Positions 1-8,283 of a stretch of DNA of 64,000 bases are shown piece by piece (position 1 is the stretch's first letter; every line of letters starts with the position of its first letter). Origin of the DNA: Planctomycetota bacterium (GTDB lineage Bacteria; Planctomycetota; UBA1135; UBA2386); assembly GCA_965228735.1 (NCBI GenBank), contig OZ245838.1, forward strand, positions 4,192,001 through 4,256,000. Direction: 5' to 3'. The notes under the pieces were generated by a model, which was given only the letters and a program-made list of their open reading frames with translations, made no database searches and was not told the origin of the DNA. A program made the position numbers and the translations under genes.

Positions 1-308
1 CGATGCCCATCGGCAAGGAGTTCGACTACCTGCCGATCTGGGCCGGCCTCAACGAGATCGTGTCGAGCGCGATCGAACTCGCGATCCGGCTGTCCATGCC
101 GATCACGGGCGTGATGCTGATCCTGTCGAGCGGCACGGTGCTGATCGGCCGGGCGGTGCCTTCGATCAACATGATGGAGTTCGCGTTCGGCCTCCGCATT
201 CTCGTCTCGCTCGGGATGATCGGTTTCTTCCTCGTCGAGGCGATGCCGTTCGTCGCGCAGTCGTTCACCACGCTCTTCGACCGCGTCGCGGAGATCTACG
301 GAGGCTGA
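1..308 (+). CDS. fliR: Flagellar biosynthesis protein FliR (3' part, truncated by window edge)
   Basis: Hydrophobic ORF with the FliR C-terminal pattern (AIRLSMP...LIGRAVPSINMMEFAFGLRI), immediately upstream of flhB. Confidence 0.85.
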   Translation, partial: MPIGKEFDYLPIWAGLNEIVSSAIELAIRLSMPITGVMLILSSGTVLIGRAVPSINMMEFAFGLRILVSLGMIGFFLVEAMPFVAQSFTTLFDRVAEIYGG

Positions 309-311
309 CCG

Positions 312-1385
312 ATGCCGCTGTTCGGAGACGACGAAGGGAAAACCGAAAAACCGACGCCGCAACGGCTGTCGGAGACGCGGAACAAGGGCGACACCCCGCT
401 CTCGCGCGAGCTCGTGCAAGGCGGCGTGATGCTGACGGCCGCGCTCATGATGTGGGCGACCGGCGGCTGGCTCGTCGACTCCTTCCTCTTCGTGCTCCGC
501 ACGGGCTTCTCGCTCGGCGTCGGCCGCAAGCTCGACGACCTGCCGTATCTCTACACGGAGATCCTCAACGCAGCCGAGGCCGTGATCTGGCCGTTCGCGA
601 CGCTGCTCCTGACCGTCGTCGCCGCGACGCTCGCGATCGGCTATGGCCAGATCGGCGTGAAGGTCTCGCGCAAGGTGATCGGCTTCAAGATCGAGAAGCT
701 CAACCCGATCAACAACTGGAAGAAGATCTTCAACGCGCGCGCGGTCGTCCGGACGCTGTTCGCCGCGATCAAGCTCCTCGTGCTCGGCGGGATCATGTAC
801 CTCGTCATGGGCGACCGTTGGTACACGCTGCTGCGCCTGCACGAGCAACCGATCCGCGCATCAGCCGACACGATCTTCGAGCTCGCGCTGCTCCTGCTGC
901 TGCTCGTCAGCGGTTTCGCGATCGGCATCGCCGTGATCGACGTCATCTGGCAGCGCTACAACTTCGAGGAGCGCAACAAGATGACCAAGCAGGAGGTCGA
1001 GGACGAGCGCAAGAACGCCGAGGGTGACCCGCACATCAAGGCCCGGCAGAAGCGCGCGCGGATGGACATGCTGCGCCATCGCATGATGGAGGAGGTCCCG
1101 ACCGCGGACGTGATCATCGTCAACCCCACGCACTACTCGGTCGCGCTGCGCTACGACCGCGCGATCGACCAGGCGCCGACCGTGATCGCGAAGGGCGTCG
1201 ACGACATAGCCCTCAAGATTCGGGAGCTCGCACGCGAGAACGACGTGCCGCTCATGGAAGACCCGCCGCTGGCCCGCGCGCTGTTCCGCGCCGTGAAGGT
1301 CGGCCAGGCGATCCCGGAGAAATTCTACCAGGCCGTGGCCGTGATCTTGAGCCACGTCTACCGCCTCAAGCAACAGATCGCCTGA
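312..1385 (+). CDS. flhB: Flagellar export apparatus switch protein FlhB
   Basis: N-terminal KTEKPTPQRL, 4 TM segments, KMTKQEVEDERKNAEGDP, autocleavage motif NPTH, PPLARAL. Confidence 0.97.
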   Translation: MPLFGDDEGKTEKPTPQRLSETRNKGDTPLSRELVQGGVMLTAALMMWATGGWLVDSFLFVLRTGFSLGVGRKLDDLPYLYTEILNAAEAVIWPFATLLLTVVAATLAIGYGQIGVKVSRKVIGFKIEKLNPINNWKKIFNARAVVRTLFAAIKLLVLGGIMYLVMGDRWYTLLRLHEQPIRASADTIFELALLLLLLVSGFAIGIAVIDVIWQRYNFEERNKMTKQEVEDERKNAEGDPHIKARQKRARMDMLRHRMMEEVPTADVIIVNPTHYSVALRYDRAIDQAPTVIAKGVDDIALKIRELARENDVPLMEDPPLARALFRAVKVGQAIPEKFYQAVAVILSHVYRLKQQIA

Positions 1386-1420
1386 GCCGCCCGATTGCCT
1401 GACCGCAAGGAAGCCAACGC

Positions 1421-3478
1421 ATGACCACGGACGCAAGCAGCAACGGCCGCCAGAAGAACAGCCTCCTCGCGCTGTTCTTCCTCGGTGTGCTCGCGGTGAT
1501 GCTCATCCCGCTGCCGCCGATCCTGCTCGATGCGATGCTCTGCATGAACATCACGACGAGCCTGATGATCGTGATGGCGGTGCTCAATGCCAACCGGCCC
1601 GTCGAGTTCAGCACGTTCCCGAGCGTGCTGCTGTTCACCGCGCTGTTCCGCCTCGGGCTCAACGTCTCGTCGACGCGACTCATCCTGCTCGAGGGCGACG
1701 CGGGCGACGTCATCCGCACGTTCGGCAGTTTCGTGGTCGGCGGTCAGCCGGTCGTCGGCATCATCATCTTCCTCGTCCTCGTGATCATCCAGTTCATCGT
1801 GATCACCAAGGGCCAGAACCGCATCAGCGAGGTCACGGCGCGGTTCACGCTCGACGCGATGCCGGGCAAGCAGATGTCGATCGACGCCGACCTCAGCGCC
1901 GGTCTGCTAACGAACGAGGAGGCCAAGAAGCGCCGCAAGGAACTCGCCACCGAGATGGAGTTCTACGGCGCGATGGACGGTGCCGGCAAGTTCGTGCGCG
2001 GCGACGCCGTCGCGGGCCTGATCATCACGGCGATCAACATCGCTGGCGGCCTCATCATCGCGATGGTGTATCGCGGGCTGCCGTTCGAGACCGCGTTCGT
2101 CGACTACACGGTGCTGACGATCGGCGACGGCCTCGTTGCCCAGATTCCCGGCCTGCTCGTGTCGACCGCGGCCGGCATCCTCGTGACGAAGGGCGCATCC
2201 GAAGAAGGCCTCGGTCAGGAGATGGGCAACCAGCTGCTCGGCAAACCGAGGACGCTGCGCCTCGTCGCCGGCATCCTCGCGCTGATGTCGCTGCTGCCGG
2301 GCATGCCGATCCTGCTCTTCCTCGCGATCGCGGCGGCGATCTTCTTCTTCGCCGGCAGCGTCGAACGACGGCAGGGCGAAGAGGAGACGGAGAAGCAGAA
2401 GCAGGCCGAGGAGGAGGAGCAGGCCGAGAGCGAGGAAGAACAGCCGCTCGAGGACCTGCTCGCGGTCGATCGCCTCGGCATCGAGATCGGCTACCGCCTC
2501 ATCAGCCTCGTCGACGCGGGCAAGCACGGCGGCCTGCTCGATCACATCCGGTCGTTGCGCCGCCAGTTCGCGCAGGGTCTCGGCTTCCTGCTGCCGCCGA
2601 TCCGCGTGCGCGACAACGTGCAGCTCGATCCCAACGCCTACCGCGTGCTGCTCGGCGGCGAAGAAGTGGCGCGCGGCGAACTGCGCGCCGGCCAGTACCT
2701 CGCGATGGACCCGAGCGGTTCGGCCCAGCCGATCCAGGGCATCGAGACGACGGAGCCGGCGTTCGGCTTGCCCGCGCGCTGGATCGCCGAGGCCGACAAG
2801 GACCGCGCCGAGCTGCTCGGCTACACCGTGATCGACGCGGCGTCGGTGCTGGTCACGCACCTGACCGAGCTGCTGAAGAAGATCGCCAACGAACTGCTCA
2901 CGCGGGACGACGTGAAGTCGCTCGTCGACAACCTGCAGAAGGCCGCGCCGGCCGTCGTCGAGGAGCTCATCCCCAATCAGATGACGCTCGGCCAGGTGCA
3001 GCGCATCCTCTCGAGCCTGCTGAAGGAGGGCGTTCCGATCCGCAACCTGCAGACGATCCTCGAGGGCCTCGCCGATGCCAGCGTCGACACCAAGGATCCC
3101 AAGCTGCTGACGGAGCAGGTGCGCGTCCGGCTGGCCCGCACGATCGTCGAACCGCACCTCGATCCGACCGGGGTGCTGCATGCCGCGTTCCTCGACCCGG
3201 ATCTCGAGCGCAACCTCGCGGAGGCGCTCGCCGGCACCGACGGCGCGACCAATCTGCCGCCCGGGTTCCTCGGTCGGTTCGTCGACAGCACGGCCGAAGC
3301 CCTGACCGCGATGGCGCAGACGGGCAAGGACCCCGTTCTCGTCACGCGCGCGAGCCTGCGCCCGTTCCTCGCCGACGCCATCAACGGCGTCATCCCCGGC
3401 GCCGCCGTCCTGAGCTATCAGGAGACGACGCCCGCATCCAAGGTCGAGACGACCCAACGCATCGCCGTCGCCGGCTGA
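1421..3478 (+). CDS. flhA: Flagellar export gate protein FlhA
   Basis: FHIPEP motifs RISEVTARFTLDAMPGKQMSIDADL, FYGAMDGAGKFVRGDA, TIGDGLVAQIP. Confidence 0.97.
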   Translation: MTTDASSNGRQKNSLLALFFLGVLAVMLIPLPPILLDAMLCMNITTSLMIVMAVLNANRPVEFSTFPSVLLFTALFRLGLNVSSTRLILLEGDAGDVIRTFGSFVVGGQPVVGIIIFLVLVIIQFIVITKGQNRISEVTARFTLDAMPGKQMSIDADLSAGLLTNEEAKKRRKELATEMEFYGAMDGAGKFVRGDAVAGLIITAINIAGGLIIAMVYRGLPFETAFVDYTVLTIGDGLVAQIPGLLVSTAAGILVTKGASEEGLGQEMGNQLLGKPRTLRLVAGILALMSLLPGMPILLFLAIAAAIFFFAGSVERRQGEEETEKQKQAEEEEQAESEEEQPLEDLLAVDRLGIEIGYRLISLVDAGKHGGLLDHIRSLRRQFAQGLGFLLPPIRVRDNVQLDPNAYRVLLGGEEVARGELRAGQYLAMDPSGSAQPIQGIETTEPAFGLPARWIAEADKDRAELLGYTVIDAASVLVTHLTELLKKIANELLTRDDVKSLVDNLQKAAPAVVEELIPNQMTLGQVQRILSSLLKEGVPIRNLQTILEGLADASVDTKDPKLLTEQVRVRLARTIVEPHLDPTGVLHAAFLDPDLERNLAEALAGTDGATNLPPGFLGRFVDSTAEALTAMAQTGKDPVLVTRASLRPFLADAINGVIPGAAVLSYQETTPASKVETTQRIAVAG

Positions 3479-3493
3479 TCTGGAGATCCCCCG

Positions 3494-4552
3494 ATGTTGC
3501 TCAAACGAATCGAAGGCAAGTCCCTCCCCGAGGCCCTCGACCGGGTCAAGAAGGAGTGCGGCGACGACGCGCTCGTCGTCGAAACACGCGCGACGCGCGG
3601 CGGCTACCTCGTCGTCGCGGCCCGCCGCGAGTCCGCGCCCGCAGCCGCAGCCGGCGCGCACCCGACGGGCAGAACGGCGACCGCGATGCCGCGCGATCAG
3701 GCCGGCCGAACGCCGGCCGTCGCGCTCTCGAAGTGGACCCGCGGCTTCCGCGAGCTCGCGGAGAAGGCCACGGACTTCGGCATCTCGGCGCCGATCCTCA
3801 CGGCCGTCGAACGGGCGTTGCTCGGCACCAGGGTGGAGCTCGCGCGCGCCGGCGACCCCGCGCTCGGCGGCATCGCGCAGCGCATCCTCGCCGGCCTCAT
3901 CCGCACGACGGACATCGTCGAGCCCGAGCTGCCGCTGACGGACGAGGCCGCCGCCCCGCGCACGCTCGCGGTCGTCGGGCCGACCGGGGTCGGCAAGACG
4001 ACGACGCTCGCCAAGCTCGCGGCGCGCGCCCGCGCTCGCGGCGAACGCGTCGCGATCGTCACGCTCGATACCTATCGCGTCGCGGCAGTCGAACAGCTCC
4101 GGGCTTTCGCCGACCTGCTCGACGTGCCGTTCACCGTCGCGTTCACGGCGAGCGACCTGCGGCGCGCGGTCCATGAGCACAGCGGCTTCGATCGCATCTA
4201 CGTGGACACGACCGGCAAGAGCCCCCGGGACGAAAGCGCGGTCCCGCACCTGCGCGGTCACCTGCGCGCCGGCGAGTGTGCCACGCTGCTCTGCCTCGCC
4301 GCGGGAACGAACCGCCGCGATTGCGACCTCGTGCTCGACACGTTCGAGCCACTCGACGTCCGCGCCGTGACCCTGACCAAGTGGGACGAGACGCTCGTTC
4401 CCGGCGCCGCATTGTCCGCCGTCGTCGAGCGCGGCCTCCCGCTCAGCCACCTCTGCATCGGGCAGGAGGTGCCCGCGGACATCGTCGAAGCCGCGCCGGA
4501 CGCGCTCGCGGCCGCGGCGCTCGATATCGAACACGCGGAGGCGGGTCGATGA
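3494..4552 (+). CDS. flhF: Flagellar SRP-family GTPase FlhF
   Basis: N-terminal ALDRVKKECGDDALVV, G1 GPTGVGKTTTLAKLA, DTYRVAAVEQL, DTTG, TKWDE, GQEVPADI; directly after flhA. Confidence 0.93.
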   Translation: MLLKRIEGKSLPEALDRVKKECGDDALVVETRATRGGYLVVAARRESAPAAAAGAHPTGRTATAMPRDQAGRTPAVALSKWTRGFRELAEKATDFGISAPILTAVERALLGTRVELARAGDPALGGIAQRILAGLIRTTDIVEPELPLTDEAAAPRTLAVVGPTGVGKTTTLAKLAARARARGERVAIVTLDTYRVAAVEQLRAFADLLDVPFTVAFTASDLRRAVHEHSGFDRIYVDTTGKSPRDESAVPHLRGHLRAGECATLLCLAAGTNRRDCDLVLDTFEPLDVRAVTLTKWDETLVPGAALSAVVERGLPLSHLCIGQEVPADIVEAAPDALAAAALDIEHAEAGR

Positions 4553-5415
4553 ACGGGCAGCTCAGCGCGCTCCGCGCCACGTCGACCGGCCCGCAAGTCG
4601 CGGCTGCGACCACGCCTTGGGTCTGCATCGCCGGCGCCAAGGGCGGCGTCGGCAAGACGACGATCGCCGTCAACCTGGCGCTGCTGCTGGCGCGCGCCGG
4701 CTATCGCACGCTGCTCGCGGACCTCGATCCGGGCTGCGGCGACGTCGGCGTGCATCTGCGCCTCGCGGGCGCCGACCCGACCGGGGACGGCGACGGAGGC
4801 ACGTTCGTTCCCGGGCCGAACGGCCTCACCGTCATGCTCGGCGCTTCGGGCTCGACCCGGCTCTTCGAACGCGACTCGATGCAACGGCAGCTGGACCGCC
4901 TCAGCGTCGCCGCGCGCGACTTCGACGTCGTCGTCACGGACACCGGCGCCGGGATCGGAGTGACGACGATGGCCGTCGCCGAGCGCGCCGACCTCGTTCT
5001 CGCGGTGACGACACCCGACGCGCCGGCGGTGACCGACACCTACGCGTTCATGAAGGTGCTCCACCAGCGCGGCGGGAATCCCGCACGCCTCGTCGTGAAC
5101 CGCGCCCGCAGCTACGACCAGGCAGTGCGCACGGCGCACAAGCTGTCCACCGTGACCGAGCGCTTTCTCGGCAACGCGACGACACTGGGCGCCACGGTCA
5201 CGCGGGCCGAAGAACTCGAGCTGAGCGTCGCCGAGCAGCGACCGCTGACGCTCGACCCTGACCGGGCATCCACGGGAAAAGCGATCGCCGACCTGCACTC
5301 GCTCTGCGCCGACGTCCTTGCCGAGATCCCCGACGTCCGAGCCCATCGACGCGCAGTGTCCGACAGCCATCGTCTGCGCCCCACAGCCACGGTGTCGCGT
5401 TCGTCGGCAGTCTAA
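4549..5415 (+). CDS. flhG: MinD/ParA-family flagellar number regulator FlhG/FleN
   Basis: ATG at 4549 overlaps the flhF stop (ATGA); deviant Walker A KGGVGKTT, DLDPG, DTGAG, VTTPDAPAVTDTYAFMK. Confidence 0.85.
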   Translation: MNGQLSALRATSTGPQVAAATTPWVCIAGAKGGVGKTTIAVNLALLLARAGYRTLLADLDPGCGDVGVHLRLAGADPTGDGDGGTFVPGPNGLTVMLGASGSTRLFERDSMQRQLDRLSVAARDFDVVVTDTGAGIGVTTMAVAERADLVLAVTTPDAPAVTDTYAFMKVLHQRGGNPARLVVNRARSYDQAVRTAHKLSTVTERFLGNATTLGATVTRAEELELSVAEQRPLTLDPDRASTGKAIADLHSLCADVLAEIPDVRAHRRAVSDSHRLRPTATVSRSSAV

Positions 5416-5489
5416 GGGGTGTCGCCCACCGAACGCTCGCGGCCGTGCTGCCGTGACGCCCACGGCAACGCGAAGAGCGCTGCTTGATC

Positions 5490-5518
5490 TCAACTTCGGA
5501 CAGCGTCCTTGCCGATCT
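5490..5518 (+). promoter_or_regulatory. Possible sigma-28-type promoter upstream of orf-fliA
   Basis: TCAA (5490) ... GCCGATCT (5511). The -10 matches GCCGATAA well, but the spacer is 17 nt rather than the usual 15. Confidence 0.3.
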
Positions 5519-5534
5519 ACACAGGGCAAGGATC

Positions 5535-5813
5535 ATGACGGAGGAGAGCGGCAGTCAGGAGCTGGTGCGGATCGCAACCGCGTATCTTGCGAGCATCGCG
5601 TTCGGGGTCACGTTCCTCGTCGCCACGCTCACGGGTGCCGATGGCACGACCGCATTGCTGCGGGGGGTGGTCGCGACGATCGCCGCCTGCGTCGTCGGTC
5701 GCCTGCTGTTCGGGCCAGCAGTCGGTGTCGTGCTCGCCGCGATGGCGCGTGACGAGGCAGCCCGCAAGGCCGCGCTCGAAGCAGGCGACGATCCGGCGGA
5801 GGACAACGAATGA
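5535..5813 (+). CDS. Small two-TM hypothetical membrane protein in the flagellar operon
   Basis: AAGGA RBS before ATG 5535; two hydrophobic segments; stop overlaps the fliA start (ATGA). Confidence 0.7.
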   Translation: MTEESGSQELVRIATAYLASIAFGVTFLVATLTGADGTTALLRGVVATIAACVVGRLLFGPAVGVVLAAMARDEAARKAALEAGDDPAEDNE

Positions 5814-6541
5814 GGGGCCGATCCGCCACGATGCTGCGCTCGGCCGAGGAACGGGATCGGCTCGTGGAGCAGTACCTGCCGCTCGTTCGCTACGTGGTCG
5901 CGCGGCTGCCGGTCACGATGCCGGCCTCGCTCGACCGTGACGACTTCTTCTCCGTCGGCGTCGTGGGCCTGATGCACGCTGCGGCGACGTTCGACCCGAC
6001 GCGCGGCGCGTCGTTCAAGACGTTCGCCTACACGGCGATCCGCGGCGCGATCCTCGACGAGGTGCGGAAGCACGATCCCGTGCCGCGCAACCGCCGCGAT
6101 CGTCTCCGCAAGATGGAACGGGCGTCCGCCACGCTGCACGCCGAGCTCGATCGTGAACCGACCGTCGAAGAACTCGCCGAGCGCCTCGGCTGCACCGAGC
6201 GTGAGATCGACGACGACCTTCAGGCCCTGCACACGAGCCGGATGCTGTCGCTCGACACGCCCGTCGGTCGCGGAGAGGACTCGGGTTCGCTCGCGGGCGC
6301 GATCGCCGCGAACGACGACGATCCGACCGCCAACGTCGACGCCCACGAAGATCGCGAACGCCTGATGCGCGCGATCTCGGAACTGTCGGAGAACGACCGC
6401 AACGTCGTGATCCTCTACTACCACGAACAGCTCTATCTGAAGGAGATCGGCGAGATCCTCGGCGTGACCGAGTCACGCGTGAGTCAGATCCTGACTCGCG
6501 CGCTCGAGCGGCTGCGCCGGAAGCTCAAGACGGAGGACTGA
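5810..6541 (+). CDS. fliA: FliA/WhiG-family RNA polymerase sigma factor (sigma-28)
   Basis: RDRLVEQYLPLVRYVV, FDPTRGASFKTFAYTAIRGAILDEVR, region 4 LKEIGEILGVTESRVSQI. Confidence 0.96.
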   Translation: MRGRSATMLRSAEERDRLVEQYLPLVRYVVARLPVTMPASLDRDDFFSVGVVGLMHAAATFDPTRGASFKTFAYTAIRGAILDEVRKHDPVPRNRRDRLRKMERASATLHAELDREPTVEELAERLGCTEREIDDDLQALHTSRMLSLDTPVGRGEDSGSLAGAIAANDDDPTANVDAHEDRERLMRAISELSENDRNVVILYYHEQLYLKEIGEILGVTESRVSQILTRALERLRRKLKTED

Positions 6542-6543
6542 CC

Positions 6544-6813
6544 ATGGACTCGATGGGTGCAATGCAGCCGATCGTGCGGCACATCCCGGTGCGCGATCAG
6601 CGGGGACGACGTCAGGGCAAGGGCGGCGAGGGCGGCCCGTTCGAACAAGCGCTCGCCGAACAGGCGCTCGCCGACCAGGAGCAGGGCCCGGAGAAGGGCC
6701 CGGAGCACCGGGCGGGCGAATCGGGCGAGCGGCCCGTGACACCGGACCTTCAGAACAACAGCCCCGATGGCCGAAAGGACCAACAGGTCCGGCACATCGA
6801 CGTGCTGGCCTGA
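6544..6813 (+). CDS. Hypothetical protein (89 aa, hydrophilic, ends RHIDVLA)
   Basis: ATG 2 nt after the fliA stop with GGAGG upstream; typical codon usage. Confidence 0.6.
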   Translation: MDSMGAMQPIVRHIPVRDQRGRRQGKGGEGGPFEQALAEQALADQEQGPEKGPEHRAGESGERPVTPDLQNNSPDGRKDQQVRHIDVLA

Positions 6814-6843
6814 TTTCGAACCAGGCGAATCGAGGCGAGAGCG

Positions 6844-7095
6844 ATGGCGGCAACCGAACCGCGAGAGGAACGGCGTGCAGATCAGCGCGCGGGCGTGCTG
6901 CGCAGCAGCGCGGTGCGCCTGCTCGATCATCCGGCGCTCGTGGAGTGCAGCACGACCGAGGCCGGCGAAGCGAGCGCCATGACGGTCGTGCCGCTGCTCG
7001 ACGGCAATCGGATCGCCGGGTTCGAGATTCGCTGCGGCTGCGGCAGCAGCGCGATCGTCGAGTGCATCTACGAGAACGAGGTTCAGAATGGCTGA
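6844..7095 (+). CDS. Small Cys-containing hypothetical protein (IRCGCG...VECIY)
   Basis: GAGG-type RBS; overlaps the next gene; C-terminal beta-strand pattern with CxC. Confidence 0.65.
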   Translation: MAATEPREERRADQRAGVLRSSAVRLLDHPALVECSTTEAGEASAMTVVPLLDGNRIAGFEIRCGCGSSAIVECIYENEVQNG

Positions 7096-7606
7096 CTCCC
7101 CCATCATTCGGATCGGCGCGCTGGCGGCGCTGCTGGCCCTGGGTTCCTGCACGACCATCCCCGAGATCTTCCAGCCCGCGCCGACCGATCCCAACGACGG
7201 CTACGAGGGCAGCCTCGCGGAGGCCGGGATCAACACCGAGATGGACTGGGGGCCGAAGCAGAACCTGCTTCTCAGCGAATACACCGCACTGCGGGAAGAG
7301 CACTCCCGGACGCTGCGCGACTTCGAGAAGCTCGAGGCCGAGAACCAGAACGTCAAGGCGATGCTCCGCTCCGAGAAGGAAGCGCTCGACACGGAACGCG
7401 TGGAACGCGTCCAGATCGAGGCCCAGCTCGAACTGCTGCGCCAACGACTGAGCGAGCAGGAGGCCACGATCCTCAGCCTCCGCATCGACAAGGCGAAAGC
7501 CGAACAGTCCGCGTTGCTCGCGAAGATCGACGCGCTCAAGGTCGCGATCGACCAGACCGCGCCGGCGAACGTGGAGGCCGCGGCGATGCCGCCGGCGGGC
7601 AGGTGA
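7088..7606 (+). CDS. Coiled-coil lipoprotein
   Basis: Lipobox LALGSC; long heptad-rich region; overlaps genes on both sides. Confidence 0.8.
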   Translation: MADSPIIRIGALAALLALGSCTTIPEIFQPAPTDPNDGYEGSLAEAGINTEMDWGPKQNLLLSEYTALREEHSRTLRDFEKLEAENQNVKAMLRSEKEALDTERVERVQIEAQLELLRQRLSEQEATILSLRIDKAKAEQSALLAKIDALKVAIDQTAPANVEAAAMPPAGR

Positions 7607-8250
7607 TCCCGGTGGCCGCACCGCGGACGATCCGGGCGACGGCGCTCACGCTGATCGGCCTTCTGGCCAGCGGCTGCATCCTGCCGTATCACGCGCAACA
7701 GAAGCCGATCGACAGCTACCTCGCGGAACCCGCCGACCTGGACAACGTGCGGCGCATCATGGTGCTGCCGTTCACGCAGCAGGCCGGAGTCAGCGCCGAC
7801 TGCGAGCAGATCCGCGACGCGTTCCTCAGCGAGCTCATGAAGCTGCGCCGGTTCGAGGTCGTGCCCCTGCCGCTTTCCGCCGCGGAGAACCAGGTCCTCA
7901 ACGCGTCGCTCCGGCGTGGCCGCCCGTCGACCGATGCGATGGTGAGACTCTGCGATCGCTACGCGCTCGACGGCGTGCTCGTCGGCTCGATCAGTTCGTG
8001 GCGGCCCTACAAGCCGGCGCACCTCGGCATGCGCACGCAGCTGATCTCGATCCACTCGGGCGCGACCGTGTGGGCCGTGGACGCGATCTACGACGCCAAC
8101 GACCGCGCGACCATCGCCGACCTCCGCGACTACGCCCGCCTGCGCCAGTACGACGACGGCTCGCTGCACGGCTGGGAGCTCAACCTGCTCTCCCCGAACC
8201 GCTTCGTCAACTACGTGGCCCACCGGTTCGTGGGCACGTGGGTCGACTGA
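7603..8250 (+). CDS. Lipoprotein, probable CsgG/FlgO/LpoB-like alpha/beta fold
   Basis: GTG start overlapping the previous stop; lipobox LASGC; RRIMVLPF...DGVLVGSI...LISIHSGATVWA pattern. Confidence 0.7.
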   Translation: MIPVAAPRTIRATALTLIGLLASGCILPYHAQQKPIDSYLAEPADLDNVRRIMVLPFTQQAGVSADCEQIRDAFLSELMKLRRFEVVPLPLSAAENQVLNASLRRGRPSTDAMVRLCDRYALDGVLVGSISSWRPYKPAHLGMRTQLISIHSGATVWAVDAIYDANDRATIADLRDYARLRQYDDGSLHGWELNLLSPNRFVNYVAHRFVGTWVD

Positions 8251-8283
8251 GCCCCAGCTGGTGAGCGAAGCGGGCAGACGGCG

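Noticed and set aside
1..3478. Non-flagellar (injectisome) type III secretion system
   Set aside because: The export genes are followed by flhF, flhG and fliA, which are flagellum-specific
1907..4534. 875-aa reverse-strand ORF and similar long antisense ORFs (13937-16408, 18985-20523 portion, 48269-50185, 52625-54724, 59276-61225)
   Set aside because: Shadow frames of well-supported genes in high-GC DNA; Arg/Ala-rich with no motifs
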